A stretch of 63,704 nt of DNA, filler included, from Sphacelaria rigidula (taxonomy: Eukaryota), in NCBI GenBank assembly GCA_964200075.2. It is 9 parts of 9 records of this genome, joined end to end, with 100 filler letters (N's around TTAATTAATTAA, not from the genome) between each part and the next. Parts side by side here need not be neighbours in the genome. Positions count along the whole stretch, not along the records: positions 14,181 to 21,170 come from CAXNAA020017059.1; positions 21,271 to 28,260 come from CAXNAA020017060.1; positions 28,361 to 35,349 come from CAXNAA020017061.1; 6 more parts are not named here. One strand, given 5' to 3'. Below are positions 20,961 through 34,408 of this stretch, one piece after another (positions within the stretch are counted from its first letter, which is position 1; the number at the start of each line of letters is the position of its first letter). Under the pieces are notes generated by a model, which made no database searches, was not told the DNA's origin, and saw only the letters and a list, made by a program, of their open reading frames with translations. A program made the translations under genes and the position numbers.

Positions 20961-22449
20961 TCAGCAATGGCCTAGAAAAGATATACCTTCTCGTTTTTTG
21001 CCCCAAAAAGGTACGAAACATGGCCAAAAACGCGAAAACAGTCTAACACGCCATTTTGATCGTTTTCGCTCCGGATTTTTCACGCACATCATTCGATGGA
21101 GCCACTGACAGCCGGGACTCGAAAAAAAACGGATAAAAAGCACGTTACTCCAGAAACCGCTTACCTCTTGNNNNNNNNNNNNNNNNNNNNNNNNNNNNNN
21201 NNNNNNNNNNNNNNTTAATTAATTAANNNNNNNNNNNNNNNNNNNNNNNNNNNNNNNNNNNNNNNNNNNNGGAAAGCACTGTTTTAGGCTTGAGCCTCAT
21301 CTCGAAGTTAAACCTCAATTCTCACAATTTGTTGTTAGATAATGTGGCTCACCCAGTGAGTAGTTGTTTACACCGTATATAGACACCTCAACCTCCAAAT
21401 GGGCACCGCCGTCTGAGGCGTTCCTTCATATCTGACCGAATTCGGTTTTCACAGAGACACCGGCCTAAGCTGTCAAGCCGTGCCTCAGTCTGCCTGAGAG
21501 ACGCCTGAGTGATGCATAATCGCGTGTAGGAGATGCTCAAGGCTGCACCAGACCAAGTACCACTCATGTTTGTGTGCGATTGAGGACGCACGGCCGCTGT
21601 AGCTGCAGAAACACACGCTAAATTGCTATTTTCACGCCCGAACGCTACTACATTTGTTGAATGGATATGCTTCCGTCACACCAACAATGCTAGGTGAAGA
21701 CATTTGTGCATTGTCATGAGTACATCTGGTTGTTGGTTAGGACATCCACAGATAGCAAAAGCCTTCACTGCTCACTGGTGAAGTGAGATGCTTGCAGGTG
21801 TCGCAGACCAGTTTTGGGAAGATTTGTCGGGCCGATGCTCGGCACGGTCCCCATCCCTTTTACTCCCCGTTTCGCCTCCCTTCTAGTGTCCCGTGCTCCG
21901 GTTTCGTTACACCGGTGATAGGGCATCCTGGATCTTTCGACGACTTGCCTTTTATATCCACAGCGGCGCCGCATCTGTGTGTATTGTGGTACTGGTTTTG
22001 GAACTCGCGGGCGTGCATTCCGTAGACTAATACCACAAGAAGAGGATAGGAACAGATAGTGTTGAGTTCCTTCGAAGCAGGTCGCTACACAGTCGCATAG
22101 TTCTTCTGGCGGTATTGGGTGATCGTATACCGGCTTCAGTAGCGCAGCTAGCGGAAGAGCACAAGGGGGCAAGCAATGCTCGAGCGAACAAAGAACACCG
22201 TACGACAGCAGGGGGTTGCTATACCTGGGGAGGCAACCGTCGCTGGTGGCGCTCTGAGAGTTCCTGCCGACTTGGGTGCAGAAGACCCGAGAGCAACACG
22301 AGTCCAAGTTGATCATTAGAGATCCGGCATTGGGCTCGGCTATCGATTGAGTTTGAACGAAACACTCGGGCGGATTCAGCTTATCTTGCCTTGCTTGGTC
22401 TACAAGGAGCGTTGACCACAAATACACATATCCACGTTTTCCTCACAAT

Positions 22450-25400
22450 GCTCAGCGCGGAACTCACTAGACTGGGGGGATGTGGTACGCAAATCCCTTC
22501 AGCTAAACTCCCATTTTAATTTTGGTTGATCGCGATGAATAACACCATCAACAGAAAACTTTTTTTGCGAAAAACCTCCATCCTATTGCCAGCGATATGC
22601 AGGACTACTCGCTTAACACTTTTGAGGCTCGTGCTACCTTGTACGAAATGTTCGCAGCGGGAGAGTACACGGCGGATAGTGACCCGAGAAAGACGGAGAC
22701 TGTCCCGGAAAGACCTTCATAGTTGATGAGACAACAAGTGCTAAAGTGGAGGCAAAAGAGGTAAGATTTTAGAGATTGGTCAAACTCACGTTTCTCATAC
22801 CCCGAATATACGATACTGTCCTCGACACCACCCGCTGCGGTGATGACGTTTCCCGAGCCCAAACCAGGATAGCAGCTTGTGAGAAGTAGTTGGTGTTGAG
22901 GGGCGCTGGAACGTGGGCGTGACCATACGCTATTCGCAACTACAGGCTACGGTGGCGACCGTGAACTGAAGGCGCCTCGACGGTGGTGGCAGCCAAGTCG
23001 CGGCAGCAACAGAAAAAAACAGAGACATAACATCTCCTGGGACAACATCTCCCGACTCAGCGTCATCCCCGAGTCCACCAGATGGAATTGCTAGACCTCA
23101 TCACATCAGTACCTACCGTACCTGCCAGAAGATTGGGTACACCAGAAGCGACTGTCTGACGGCCAAGCATAAAAGATGCGGGAACATGGAGCACTACGCG
23201 GCTGCTTACAGAGAGTTGAGAATCACGGGCGACCGCAACTGACAATAGAGAGTCGGCATTCCCACCTGACGGACACATGGACACACTTTGTGACACTCGG
23301 GTCTTGCGATCCCCCAGCTCCTTGTGTGACCATTATAGTCTACATGATCGCATGAAAACGTTTCCGATACTGTGCTTGCACCTAGTGTCTTGAACCTTAC
23401 TGGGATTGTCGATATGAACTTGTTCCACGACATCTGTGACCACTGCCAGGACGTGCTGCTACGGGATGCGGTAGGTGGCACGGGTGTAGACCTGAGAGGA
23501 GCACTTTGGAAGTGCGACGAGTGCTCGCTGAACAAGGGGTTGCGAAGGGATGTACAGGGGGAAACATCTGCAGGTGCAGCTAGAGAGCTTCAGCGAGCAC
23601 TTATTGATTTATGTGGGCCAGCATCCGTACAGAGTCCAGGTGGTAAGATGTACAACAAGTTTATCCCATGCGATGTGTCTCGGATTAAGTTTTTACTTTG
23701 CGTGCAATATATCATACACAACGAAGCTTTTGGGGCAGCTTGCCGCCTGACCCCCGTGGTCACATACTTCAACTGCCCCCATTAGGGTGGGGCAAACGAG
23801 GATTCGATTCCCACACAAATGTGTCTAGTTCGGGCTTTTTCTTGAAAGTACTGGTAGTGTAAAGTACTAGTATCTGGTTTCTCTCGTTGAAGACGTGAGG
23901 ACGTGGTCAGCAAAAAATAATCCGTTGAACTTTGATAGACCGCAGTCAATGCGTGAGTGCTGATAGTAATCGAATCCGCGATACCAAATTTCAAGGCGTG
24001 TACTGGGGCGAAGATGGGTGGGGTTGATCCCGTGAGGCCGCGGACTCGTTCCGAGGAATGGGGAGACTTAGAAGTGAGAACAACAAAGCAAAGTAAAGAA
24101 GAGGTGAAAGCAGACGGGATCCATTTCTCGGTAGAGTACGTACGCAGTGGCTCTGGTGGTGAGGTCGACGGAACTGTCAGTGATCAGAGCAGAAGCACAA
24201 GCACAAGCAAGAGTTCGCTCCACCTAGACGATGATTCAGACGACACTGGGTAGCAATACGAGAGATACCACTGGTAGAATTAGCAGCGATGGTGGTCAGG
24301 AAACAGGACCGAAACGCTTTCGGGTACTACTTTACAATAATCGCTGGAGGTTGATTCCATCCACTGTGCGGCTGACAGGCTAGATAGATACGAAACCATC
24401 GCTAATCCGCGCATGAAACTCCCAGATGGGATGCTGTATGGAGAGCTTTCATTACTCGAACTCCACCGTCTCTCAAGCCAGGACAATGGAAGAGGAAACG
24501 TATCTTGAAAGCCGTGCCCATGGCACAAGAGTACCCCTGTCTGGGGCCCCAGTACAACCTCCCCCGAGATTCGATGGAGTTGTTGACCGAGAGTGAACAT
24601 GTGATGAAGTCCGCAATATAACAAGGCGACGATCATCTGTGCCCTTGTAGCGAGACGTGCCTCCTCCCCTGGGGGATATGGAGGTTTTGCAGTTCTCGAG
24701 CGGGGAGGGTAACTTCGATGATGAACATGCAGAAATAAAAACGATCCGGTCATTGCGGCCCGTGACCATGCAAGCGTGATGACTAACGGCGAGGCAAAGC
24801 CTGCTTGCTCAGGCGCCATCCGAGAGCGTCTCGAATGATACCAGCGATGGTCCCATCGAGGAACAACCATCAACCCCAGTTTCAACTTCGACTCCTTCGA
24901 CTGCACTGCAGAACTAGCTTCTGCGGCTGCCGACTCTTCATACTCCTGCTGTAGACATTTCGCCGACTGCCGAGCCTCCGAGCAGAGAGGGACACGACTC
25001 GTCGGCGGTTGGTGAACCCTCGTGCCAGGAGGATAGCAAGAGCAGTGATCGTCAGGTGAAGAGTCGAAAGGAGGCAAAGGGTAACCCCCGCACATCTGAG
25101 CCGGTTGCTCTCGGACGCACGTGGGAGTAGACCCCCCTTCAACAACAGCAGGTGGTGGACCCGGACATGACGGAGAAGAATGAGGGGGAATCAGACATAA
25201 TCAGCGGCAAGGTGGGTGATCATTTCCCTACTCCTGAGCTGCAGGTGATGGGGTGCGCGTGACAATAGGCTCGCAACTACAGTAACGTGATCGGGGGACT
25301 GGATGAGGAAGATGAATGAGTACCAGCTCGCTGATGTCTTTTACCACTCGGTGGTCGGATCGTCAATGAGGCTGGTGAACAGCGTTTGTCCCGACATCGT

Positions 25401-25990
25401 CAAGCCTGTGCGAACAGTGTCCCGGCACAGTCACGACCACATTCAAGAGACACGCTACAGGTGCTGCGGATCCTCGAGTATCTTAACGGGTTGCGTGATT
25501 TCGGAATCACGTACGAGCATAGTATATTTGAAGAACTAGTGGCATACACCAATGCGAACTCTGCTGATAAATGTAGGTGATGGGCTAACTAGGTCAGGAA
25601 GCGCCGTTATATACGGCGGGGAAATTGTCACTGGTTTTGTAGGGTTCGGGGCATTGTGACGCTGTCGAGTACAAAAGTAGAGTTCATAGCTGCGAGGGGA
25701 TAGCCAAAGCGGTGCCATAAATAAGAGGGACTGTCGAGCATCTTTAACTCGATTTGGAGGTGTGAAGCACCACGGTTTTCAAGGAAACTCAAGGGGAAAT
25801 TTAGTTGGCGAAAAAGCCGCGTAGCAGCGGGGATGGTGAACACATCCTCGTGTGCCGTCACTTCCTGCGTGAGCTGGTAGGAACGAAGAACGTCCGCTTA
25901 GGGTTTTCGGCTGAATAGAACGCCAATATCATGATTAGGGTACCGGTAATGAATTTATTTTCACCACTAGGACATACTCATCACCATCAA
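22450..25990 (+). mobile_element. Highly degenerate, internally deleted Ty1/Copia LTR retrotransposon
   Basis: GAG-pre-integrase and integrase start LFHDICDH...KCDECSLNK...IDLCGPASVQSPGGKMY...DVSR (23372-23700). RT C-terminus YHSVVGSSMRLVNSVCPDIVKPVRTVSRH and VLRILEYLNGLRDFGITY. Copia RNase H remnants LVAYTNAN, VTLSST and HFLRELV. Integrase lies before RT. Confidence 0.85.
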
Positions 25991-27659
25991 GCAAGCGGCT
26001 TGAGATTGTTATATGACTACCGTTCAGGAGTGCCGCAGAGGCTCCTTGACTTGACATTGCTGATTCACTGTCCGTGTGTTTATGCCATGTACGTAGGGAT
26101 GCAGTGAGTACCTCCTCCGACTTGCTGGAATGATGTCGACTCTTCCCTGTATCGCACTGGCAAACTCTTAATAAATAACGCCGGTCACTGACAGAAGTTT
26201 TGAGTTCGTTGTTGACCTCGGTTTAGTCGTTTTGAAGGTCCTCCACGCAAATAAAGTGCAATGTGACGTGTTGGGCAGGAAGTTCTTCAGAATGATTTTT
26301 GGTTTGGTACGTTTGTGTATCAGCAGCGCTTGGTGCGACCGGAATTTTTTATCCCGGCGGGTTCAGACGTCATTTCCAATGGAAAATTCCTGACTGATCG
26401 AGAGATCGCTGCGCTCTCCAGCTCGGCTATACGGCTGCAAGGGAGCTACTTATTGCTGTGATACTTCGTTGTGGTTTGTTCTGTTTGGTTTGGAGATCCT
26501 TGATTGTTTCAAGTAGCGGGGTCAACCTGTAAGGTAAGTCTTCGACACGCTGAGACACAAACAAAATGCAACTCTTTGTGAACCGTAAGGGCCATTCTAG
26601 ACGGCGGCCGGAGTGCGGAAATTTCGGGAGGCGAAAGCACTTGGTAAATTACTCCACACTATGCCATGGGATGTACAGTTATTTGTGCATAACGTCTATG
26701 TGATGGGGATGGGGCACGGGAAGGCTTCCGCACGAGTGAGCCAGGTGGGCTATGTGCGTATGCTCGATGTTCCCGCGGAGTGCGCAACACCGAGAGTTTG
26801 TACGGATATTCCGTTCATCTGAACCAAGTCGAAGAGAAACTTTCCGTACTTTAGCAGATGGGAAGTAATCGTCTGCGGCGCCCCTGAGCACGCGCTTCCC
26901 TGGTCGTCTTTGATCGCCATAAAACGTGTTTCGCGTACCTGAAAACATGATTGCTACCTCCATATATGCATGTGTGTGTAAAGTAGGACCATCGGTAGTT
27001 GTTTTGCTTCAATGAATGCTGGCGTGGTTGCATACTGCGTCACATACTCTGGCACGCCGTGCTTGTAACTGTACCATGAACCGATTGCAATATACCACAC
27101 TAAATAAAACAAGATTCTCATGAGATTGAGAGTCGAGCTTACGATTGAGAGCCGTCTTTTTATTCGGGACACGTTGTTTCCGTGCGTGTGTTCCATTACT
27201 GCACCAAACGCTAATGGGAAATCATAGGAACGGTCGTTTTGTTGGACCAACAAATAAGCGAAGGAGCATGAGCATATCAAACCATCGAAGCATCCCTCTC
27301 ATCAATGCGCTGGTGTACATTGAGCAGGTAATGACTTCCTGTCGTACATAATTCCATGCATTCCAAACATACACTTCCGAACAATACGTTGAATGAGAGT
27401 ATAGGGTATCCACCCGTCGCGATTCCAAAGATTCGTATGTCGGTAGGGCTGTGAACCGGCGGTTTTGATCAGTTAAGTTTAGACTGGCCGCTGGCGCGGA
27501 TAGAACATTGGTGTTCTTCCGGCTAATCGGTGAAACCGATTAAGTGGGAAAACATCGACAGCGAGCGGCGAAGCCGCGACCCCCCCACCCCCACCCCCCC
27601 TCCATGGCGAAAAAAAGCTCGAGAAAGTATGGAAGGAGATAGGAGGAAACCAAGACGAC

Positions 27660-28260
27660 ATACTGTTCATAGGTGAAGGCGCGGGATACGAGACAAAAGT
27701 AAGAGGCATGATGGAAATAATGGGAAAAGGAGCGCTCGGACGCAAGGTAGAGAAGGAAGAACACCTGATATACGGGGTTTGAGAGAAGGGATCAGAATGA
27801 AAACATATCTGCATGGCATGGTAACTGCGAAAAAAACAAAACTACGATTTCGGGTGGGGGACCTGGACCTGCCAGAAAGAAGAAAGAGATACACCAATAG
27901 TCGAAAAGAGGAGGAAGTAGATGGACAGAACTGCCTCTGCGGCAAAGCAATAGAAATCAGAAGTCATATAGTTGCAGAACGCGATCTGTATAAGGAAGAA
28001 CGGGACGTGCTAGAGAGGGACATGCTGGACGTGAACGGAGGTGCCATGGAATCGTTTGATGCATTCGACAGTAGCGAGAAAATTATGGTTGTACTAGGAA
28101 ATAGATGGTAGCCACAGTCGACCACACGGGACAGGGATAATATATGTAATTATTTCTGTGAAATGTATGGAAGAAACGTAATGAGCGCCGGAATGTTGAA
28201 GGTGGCTCTATTAGGAGTAGGAACGGTGCTCCGTCTCGAAAGGGAGTCGTGGTCAATGGT
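27660..28260 (+). mobile_element. 3' fragment of a non-LTR retrotransposon (LINE ORF2 C-terminus plus 3' UTR)
   Basis: KLRFRVGDLDLPERRKRY...CLCGKAIEIRSHIVAE.DLYKEER matches the C-terminal C-x-C...E-x3-H zinc-finger region of LINE ORF2. 5'-truncated. Confidence 0.8.
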
Positions 28261-29328
28261 NNNNNNNNNNNNNNNNNNNNNNNNNNNNNNNNNNNNNNNN
28301 NNNNTTAATTAATTAANNNNNNNNNNNNNNNNNNNNNNNNNNNNNNNNNNNNNNNNNNNNCCGGAGTTCAGCCGTCCGCTCTGTCGATGTTTGCGGTTTC
28401 AATGGCGTAAGGCACAATTTACTTCACGAGCCCGAATCACCCCCCCCCCCCCCCCCCCCCTTCCCCCCCCGGCGACAACAAGGCGAAGGTTAGTTGCAAA
28501 CACGGTGGAGTATTTCATCTTGTGCTGAGGTATGAAGAGCACGTTCCTGAGTTTCCCGACTTTCCTGGGACCCTGCAACATCGGTCACCCTCAACAATTT
28601 CAACAAGGAGTGTTCCCTCGTTACCAGACTGCTTTCCTAACTGACCTATTTCCCGCGCTACTACTGTACATCCACGCACATAGACGCGGGAACAATAGAA
28701 AAAACACGGGCCCCGCGATAGCCAGTTTTCCTCCTGAACGTGTTTTGCCATATATTTCGTAGCATTTGGCATAAGGTGTACGGTAGCCTCTCCTCGATGG
28801 TGTAGACTAAAATGGCACAACTGATACCTGTTGCGGCTTCAGATGGAGGGTCTGCCTAGCCTCCCGACAAAAGCATGTATGTGTGTGCGCTTGTGTTCTT
28901 TTTTGTCCCGAGAGGTATCCGATTCCCGTCGTTGACGACGTAAGGGCATGGATGGCATAAGAAGAAATATTTTCACGAGAGTTGATGGGTTGCGGGAGTG
29001 CTGACCCATTCCGCGATACCAAAAGGTAAGGCGCGTGTACCGGTGGAGAGATGGGTTGATCCCTTGAGACCACGCACTCATCCCGAGGAACAGAAGGGCT
29101 CAAGGAAGTGACAGGGAAAGAAAAAAGTTGGGTCTCTGTCCCCTACCCCACTGCCCGCCTCCCCCCCCCTTCCCTCCCAAGCTATGCAAAACAAGCTACA
29201 AAACTGTCAAAAGCGCGACGAATGGGAATAAGATGTCATTTCGGTTTTGCGAAAAGCACATAAGTATATATGTATATATATATATATGTTTTTTGACACC
29301 GCCTACGTTTTGAACAATCGTACATCAT

Positions 29329-29559
29329 ATGAGGAGTGGCAGTGGAGGTACTGGAAGGGGGAGCCCACGTCTACGACCGCGGGTTCGAGAGATCGGGCTG
29401 ACGTGCGGGAATAATAATATTCATATCAATAATAATAATAATAATTATTATTATTATACTGACAATAATCATATTATTATAATCACAATGATAATAATTG
29501 TTATAGTGATAATAATAACTATTATTATGACAATAATAACAATTATAATAATTATAGTA
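29329..29559 (+). mobile_element. Probable LINE/SINE 3' end with expanded (AAT)n tail
   Basis: GACCGCGGGTTCGAGAGATCGGGCTGACGTGCGGGAATAATAAT. A similar end, GACCACGGGATCGAGAGATCGAGCGAATGTG...AATAATAAT, lies at 42579-42650. Confidence 0.6.
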
Positions 29560-29810
29560 GAGGCATGCTACGGTAGGGGGGGTTGCTCGAGTCCACGAAG
29601 AAATGGGCTCATAGGTGCATCAAACGATCCAACACAACCGCGGTGCGGTTATATTTGGATATAAGCGGTATCAAGCAGTGTGAATGAGCGTTATTTATCG
29701 GGAGCAAGCGTGTTTGAACAACTGTTGCTGCTTTCAAGGACGATTCAAGTGTAAACTTCGTGGAAGAAAACGGCCCAAAATCCCCCCCCCCCCCTATCGT
29801 AGCATGACTC
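29560..29810. mobile_element. MITE with GAG...CTC ends and 4-bp TSD (Sola-like)
   Basis: TIRs GAGGCATGCTACGGTAGGGGGGG and CCCCCCCTATCGTAGCATGACTC. Flanks AGTA and AATA. Inserted within the AAT microsatellite. Confidence 0.7.
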
Positions 29811-29993
29811 AATAGCTATAATAACGATGATGATGATGATGATGATAATGATAATGATAATGATAATGATAATGATATTTATAACATCACGATTATTAGC
29901 ATTATGTGAAGCGCATACATCCAGCAATTCGTCCCTTCATTAGTTTGTTCAGCAACCAAAAAAAGGGGAAAATCCCTCGGACATTGCGAACAG

Positions 29994-32900
29994 GATGATT
30001 TCGACAAGGTCTCGAAAAATACGGAAGGGAAGAAGACAGCACCAGCTGGGGCTGCAAAGCCCGAGCCGATTCCACCGCCGCCACAGCAGTACGAGCACCT
30101 GTACTGGTTGAACCTGAAGAACGACAGAACTTGGGATCTCCGACTGGATCGGCCTTTTGACAGAGTAGTCGGGATGGAGGTATGTTCACGCCCGGTATGG
30201 CCCCCTGATTTTTATAGACGGGTTAATAGTGAAAAGGAGGTTCAGACTGACATATATACACATAGCGATACTACATTTTTATGTTTCGAGAAAGAAAGCT
30301 CCGAATTTCCTTTTGAAAAAAACCCCAACAGAGTACCGTATGGCTGGTTCCCACACACATGAACACCCATGTAGAGTACCTGCTAGCAGGGAAAAGCTGC
30401 AGTACATGGTGACAGAGGAGCCCAAGTTTGGAGTCTCGATCGCCCAAGTAAATGTAATAGAGTTTAGGTGTGCAGTAATCTTTTCTAGTGGGGGAAGGCG
30501 AGTCTGTGTGGAACCAACCTTTTTGTTTGCCATTTAGTAATGACTTAAACCCCAATGATAACGCGCCACTATGGAAGGCTTTCACTCGATCTGTCGTCGA
30601 ACGGTCGATATTTGTCATATTTTCTACTGTAGAGCCGTTAGCTCCAAAGTTTAACCTAAACCTACGACCCGTGCAAAACTACTGTCTATTTGTCCTTGGA
30701 AAAGTGGGGTCCAGCAGGCGCCTCGGGCAAGGTATGTTCATTGGCAGGGCTAGACATTGACCCCGTACAAATGGCGTTGAAACATGGCAAATACATGTGC
30801 TGGGCACACGCTGGCGGGCGCTTCGGAGTTGTCATCCTCCTTGATTGGTTGATTGGTTGATTGATTGGTTGATTGGTTGATTGCCGAGAAAGAAAGAAAG
30901 AAAGAAAACCCCAAATCTCACAGAGCTCGGAAATTCTTTGTCTCACCATTAACCAGTTGAATGGTGCTTAATGGTTTGATCATCGAGCGGCGCAGTCGCG
31001 AGCCAACCCCCCCCCTCTCCCCGGCAGAAGGGGCCCCGCCGGAGGCGCCCCGGGAGGGCCACGCTGAAGGCACCGCACCGGAGGCACGTCTTTATGCGAT
31101 TTGGCTTCACTAGAGCTAAAAATTACGATAGAGTTAAGGCAATTTTCAAGGGCTGTATGTAGCATAGTTGGCTGGTAACGGCTTATAGAACCAGTAACGG
31201 TAAATAATGCTTTGAAACTATTGTCCAATTTTTTCATGTAGTTACCACCATTATTACCATTATAATGATAATGGCCAGTTATAACTGGTACCAGTTCCGA
31301 GCTCTAAAATCCCAGCATTCACGCTTTAGTACGAGATCTTATCTTGAAAAAAAAAAATCGAGTGCTATGACGATGATGACCTCGTCGTATGAAACCCTTT
31401 TGCACCAAATACGGCACGTATTTCGGCATGCTCTTGCCTGCTGTTTTTGCACGGGGCAACAGCGATGCATTTGAAGGAACCAAATGCCTGAGATTAATGA
31501 ATATGGACCGTTGTCTCCGTTACTGTTCAATACGACGAGTCCTTGATAAGGTGACAGTTGTCAGACTATCAGTATCATCTGCCGGAGGATTGTCCCTTCT
31601 CACGGAGAGGAGGACTGCTCAGAAGCTGAGGATGTGTGTGCAGGACTACCGTTGTTTTGAATACACGTGTATCGACAAGCGCTCACAGTCTCCCTTTGTA
31701 AGTTGCATGCCTCGGGAGCTGCCCGTAAGAAACGAGGCTCGATCGAACAAAATGGACGGGAGGATGTTGTTTTTCAACCTTTTGTGTCAATCTACTGTAC
31801 CACGGGAAAGATTCGCAATACCAGTCGTCTTCCGCTGACTATATACTTCGAAGTATATATGTAGTCGCGATTAAGTGTTTGTGCTAATCCGCACAGTTCG
31901 TTTTCGTCTGTTTACAATCTAGTCCGAGTCGCAGACTTGGTGCATGCCATTAAAAAGCGGCCTTTGATTGAAGACGAGGTAGATGATGTACACATTCATA
32001 ACCCGTATGTTCTTCATTTCGCGGACAGAAGGTAGACGGCTTGGCGAATGACTTTGCTTCGACGTATAGATACCACACAATGTATTTCACGGGCTCGTCT
32101 TCATATACGTATATATATATATCGACCATGGTGTATATATACATATTGAGCATGGAGTGCCCATTAAACAATATCGTGATGAATGATGCATATAGTCATC
32201 CTGTTCATCACCTCTCAAAAAAGTATGACCTCATTTTTTCCCGCAAGGCCCAGGTTCACCGCCTCAAGGTTACAGCCGGCAATGGCATATTGCAATGAAT
32301 AGTATAGGAAAAGTAATATAAAAGCATTAATGCCTGGCTCGAACAGGTATTGGAAGCTACGTTTTGAGCATAATTCTCTCGGCCGATCACTCAGCCATTT
32401 GAGGTTTGGTTGTTGCTATTATCCCTGTGAGGTCATGCCAGTAGCCCGTGATGGTTAAAGGGTTCGGTTGGAGAACATTTCATGATCCGGGAGGAATTTT
32501 CATGATGGCGATGCACAAAAGGTGTGTTTTTGTTCCTTCCGCTCTGTAATAAAGGATATCACCATTTCAAAAGTAGGTGGTTTTGTGGTTTTTCCGCCTC
32601 CGCTCCCAACCCCAACGCCAACCCCAACGCCAACCCCAACGCCAACGCCAACCCCAATCCCCACCCCAACCCCAACCTCGCTCGCCGCTGTTTGCTCCTT
32701 GACGTGCGGTTTCCGCTCATCATCCCAATCTGAAATGACTAGATTCTGCTAGCCTTTAACTTTTCGGCAGGTGGCAGCTTGACGGGCGTGCTGAAGAGTG
32801 CGGGGCAGGCTCCGTGCCAAGTGCTGTTCAAGCGCAGGGATAAACTCTGTGACGAGGGTACGTCGAGACGAGGCGCTCCAGCAGGATCGCCCGGGGTGGT

Positions 32901-33056
32901 AAACAAGGTACCGGGGTGTGGGGGGGCAACATATACATACACGGCACAGAATGTAAAAATCATGAAGGCAACGAGAAGCGAAATGGAAAAGAAAAATAGA
33001 CTAGTATAATTGCTCTTTTTATTCTTTTACTTATTTTCTTCTTCCTCCTGCTACTC

Positions 33057-33112
<56 letters not shown>

Positions 33113-34408
33113 GCTATCATTATCATCATTATCATCATCATCATCGTTATTAATATCGTTGCTGCTATCGTTATTATTTTCATAGTACCTCTTTCCATTT
33201 TGAAAATACGTTTGTGGTTACTCTTGCCGTTTCACGCAGAACTACGCAGGGTAAAGTAAAGGATCCTGTAGACCTTCTTGGATCAGGTACAAACGTGTAA
33301 GATATATCGCAAAACGTGAACGTCTATTTCCATCGTGTAGTACACATGCAATCTATGACGATCTGTGAGTACTACTATTTCAGCCGTTCATCGTAATCTC
33401 TCAACTTCGGACATGACGTGATTCATCGTGCCCGTAGGCCTGTGACGTCATGCGATGCTTTTGAAGAAGGTATTTCATGATACGGGGTATAATCATTGGC
33501 GCCCTTGGAGCACGCACGGGTTTTCATTCTCCATTAATTGGAGAATAGCGTGTGAGTATATACATACATATATATATATATAGAGAGAGAGAGAGAAAGA
33601 GAGAAAGCTCATCCTGAAAGAAGATAATAAACATACGATTTCCCCGATTTTTTTCAGTTTATCCACACAAACGTTGCCCGCGATCTGCTCGACTGATGCG
33701 TATTTATGCGTAATTTACATTCCAATTCCCCATTCACCCCGATTTTCATCGCCCTCCCCCCATGAAATATCCCTTCCAAAAAAAATTCGTCCGGCAGCAG
33801 TACAGGAGTGCAACGCCCCCCAGCGGCGCCGCCGCCAGAGGTCGGGGGGGCAGTCGGGGGGGAAGGGGAGGGAGGGGCCAGTCAAGCGGAAGTGCTTCAT
33901 CGACGACGCATCCGCTGGCTGCCTGGTGAGGTTCGGAGCGTGATTCGATCCGATTTGATATGATGTTATGTGATTGGTTTTTTGGTTGATCGCCCAAGAA
34001 AATTGACCAATCCGCTACGAATTTGAGTATTCCAACCACGGCCATAAAGCTGTAGATGTGCATGCTTCATGGAGTATGAGTTCAAGGAAATGTGTCGAAA
34101 GCACTTTCCGAACGTTCTCGCCGTCTCGCAATCTCAGTCTCCTGTACAGCTTGTACGAAGGGTTTCCCTCCAGCACAATGCAGCTCACCAGCAGACCTAG
34201 TCCCGACGAGAGGAACCCCAGCTATGGCAAGCGCCCTGCGTGTGCCCGGCACTACATCCACGAATTGAACTCAACAGCTGGAGAGCACGGACCCGGCCCT
34301 AACGGTACCCATCTTCCGTGGGAGCACAGTGTTCTCGAAACACCCGCTACGATAAGGAACATCGGACGTACAAAAAAGAAGACGGCACGGATAAAGTCGT
34401 CGGTATGA
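29994..34408 (+). CDS. Exons of a gene of unknown function (candidates 29994-30179, 30390-30447, 31558-31697, 32771-32907, 34184-34402)
   Basis: Each segment is an open frame bounded by AG/GT. The first three are phase-compatible and give ...YEHLYWLNLKNDRTWDLRLDRPFDRVVGME-GKAAVHGDRGAQVWSLDRP-IVRLSVSSAGG... Later phases need additional exons. No family recognised. Confidence 0.5.
30921..31306. mobile_element. hAT-like MITE (TIR [C/T]AGAGCTCGGAA, 8-bp TSD)
   Basis: Ends CAGAGCTCGGAA and TTCCGAGCTCTA. Flanks AAATCTCA and AAATCCCA (7/8 identical). Confidence 0.8.
32606..32678. repeat. (CCAAC[C/G])n hexanucleotide microsatellite
   Basis: About 12 direct tandem units. Confidence 0.9.
33057..33150. 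repeat. (TTG)n followed by (ATC/ATT)n microsatellite
   Basis: Direct observation. Confidence 0.9.

Noticed and set aside
28200-29450. Continuity between the LINE fragment ending at 28260 and the tail at 29329
   Set aside because: The two pieces lie on different contigs separated by an artificial linker.
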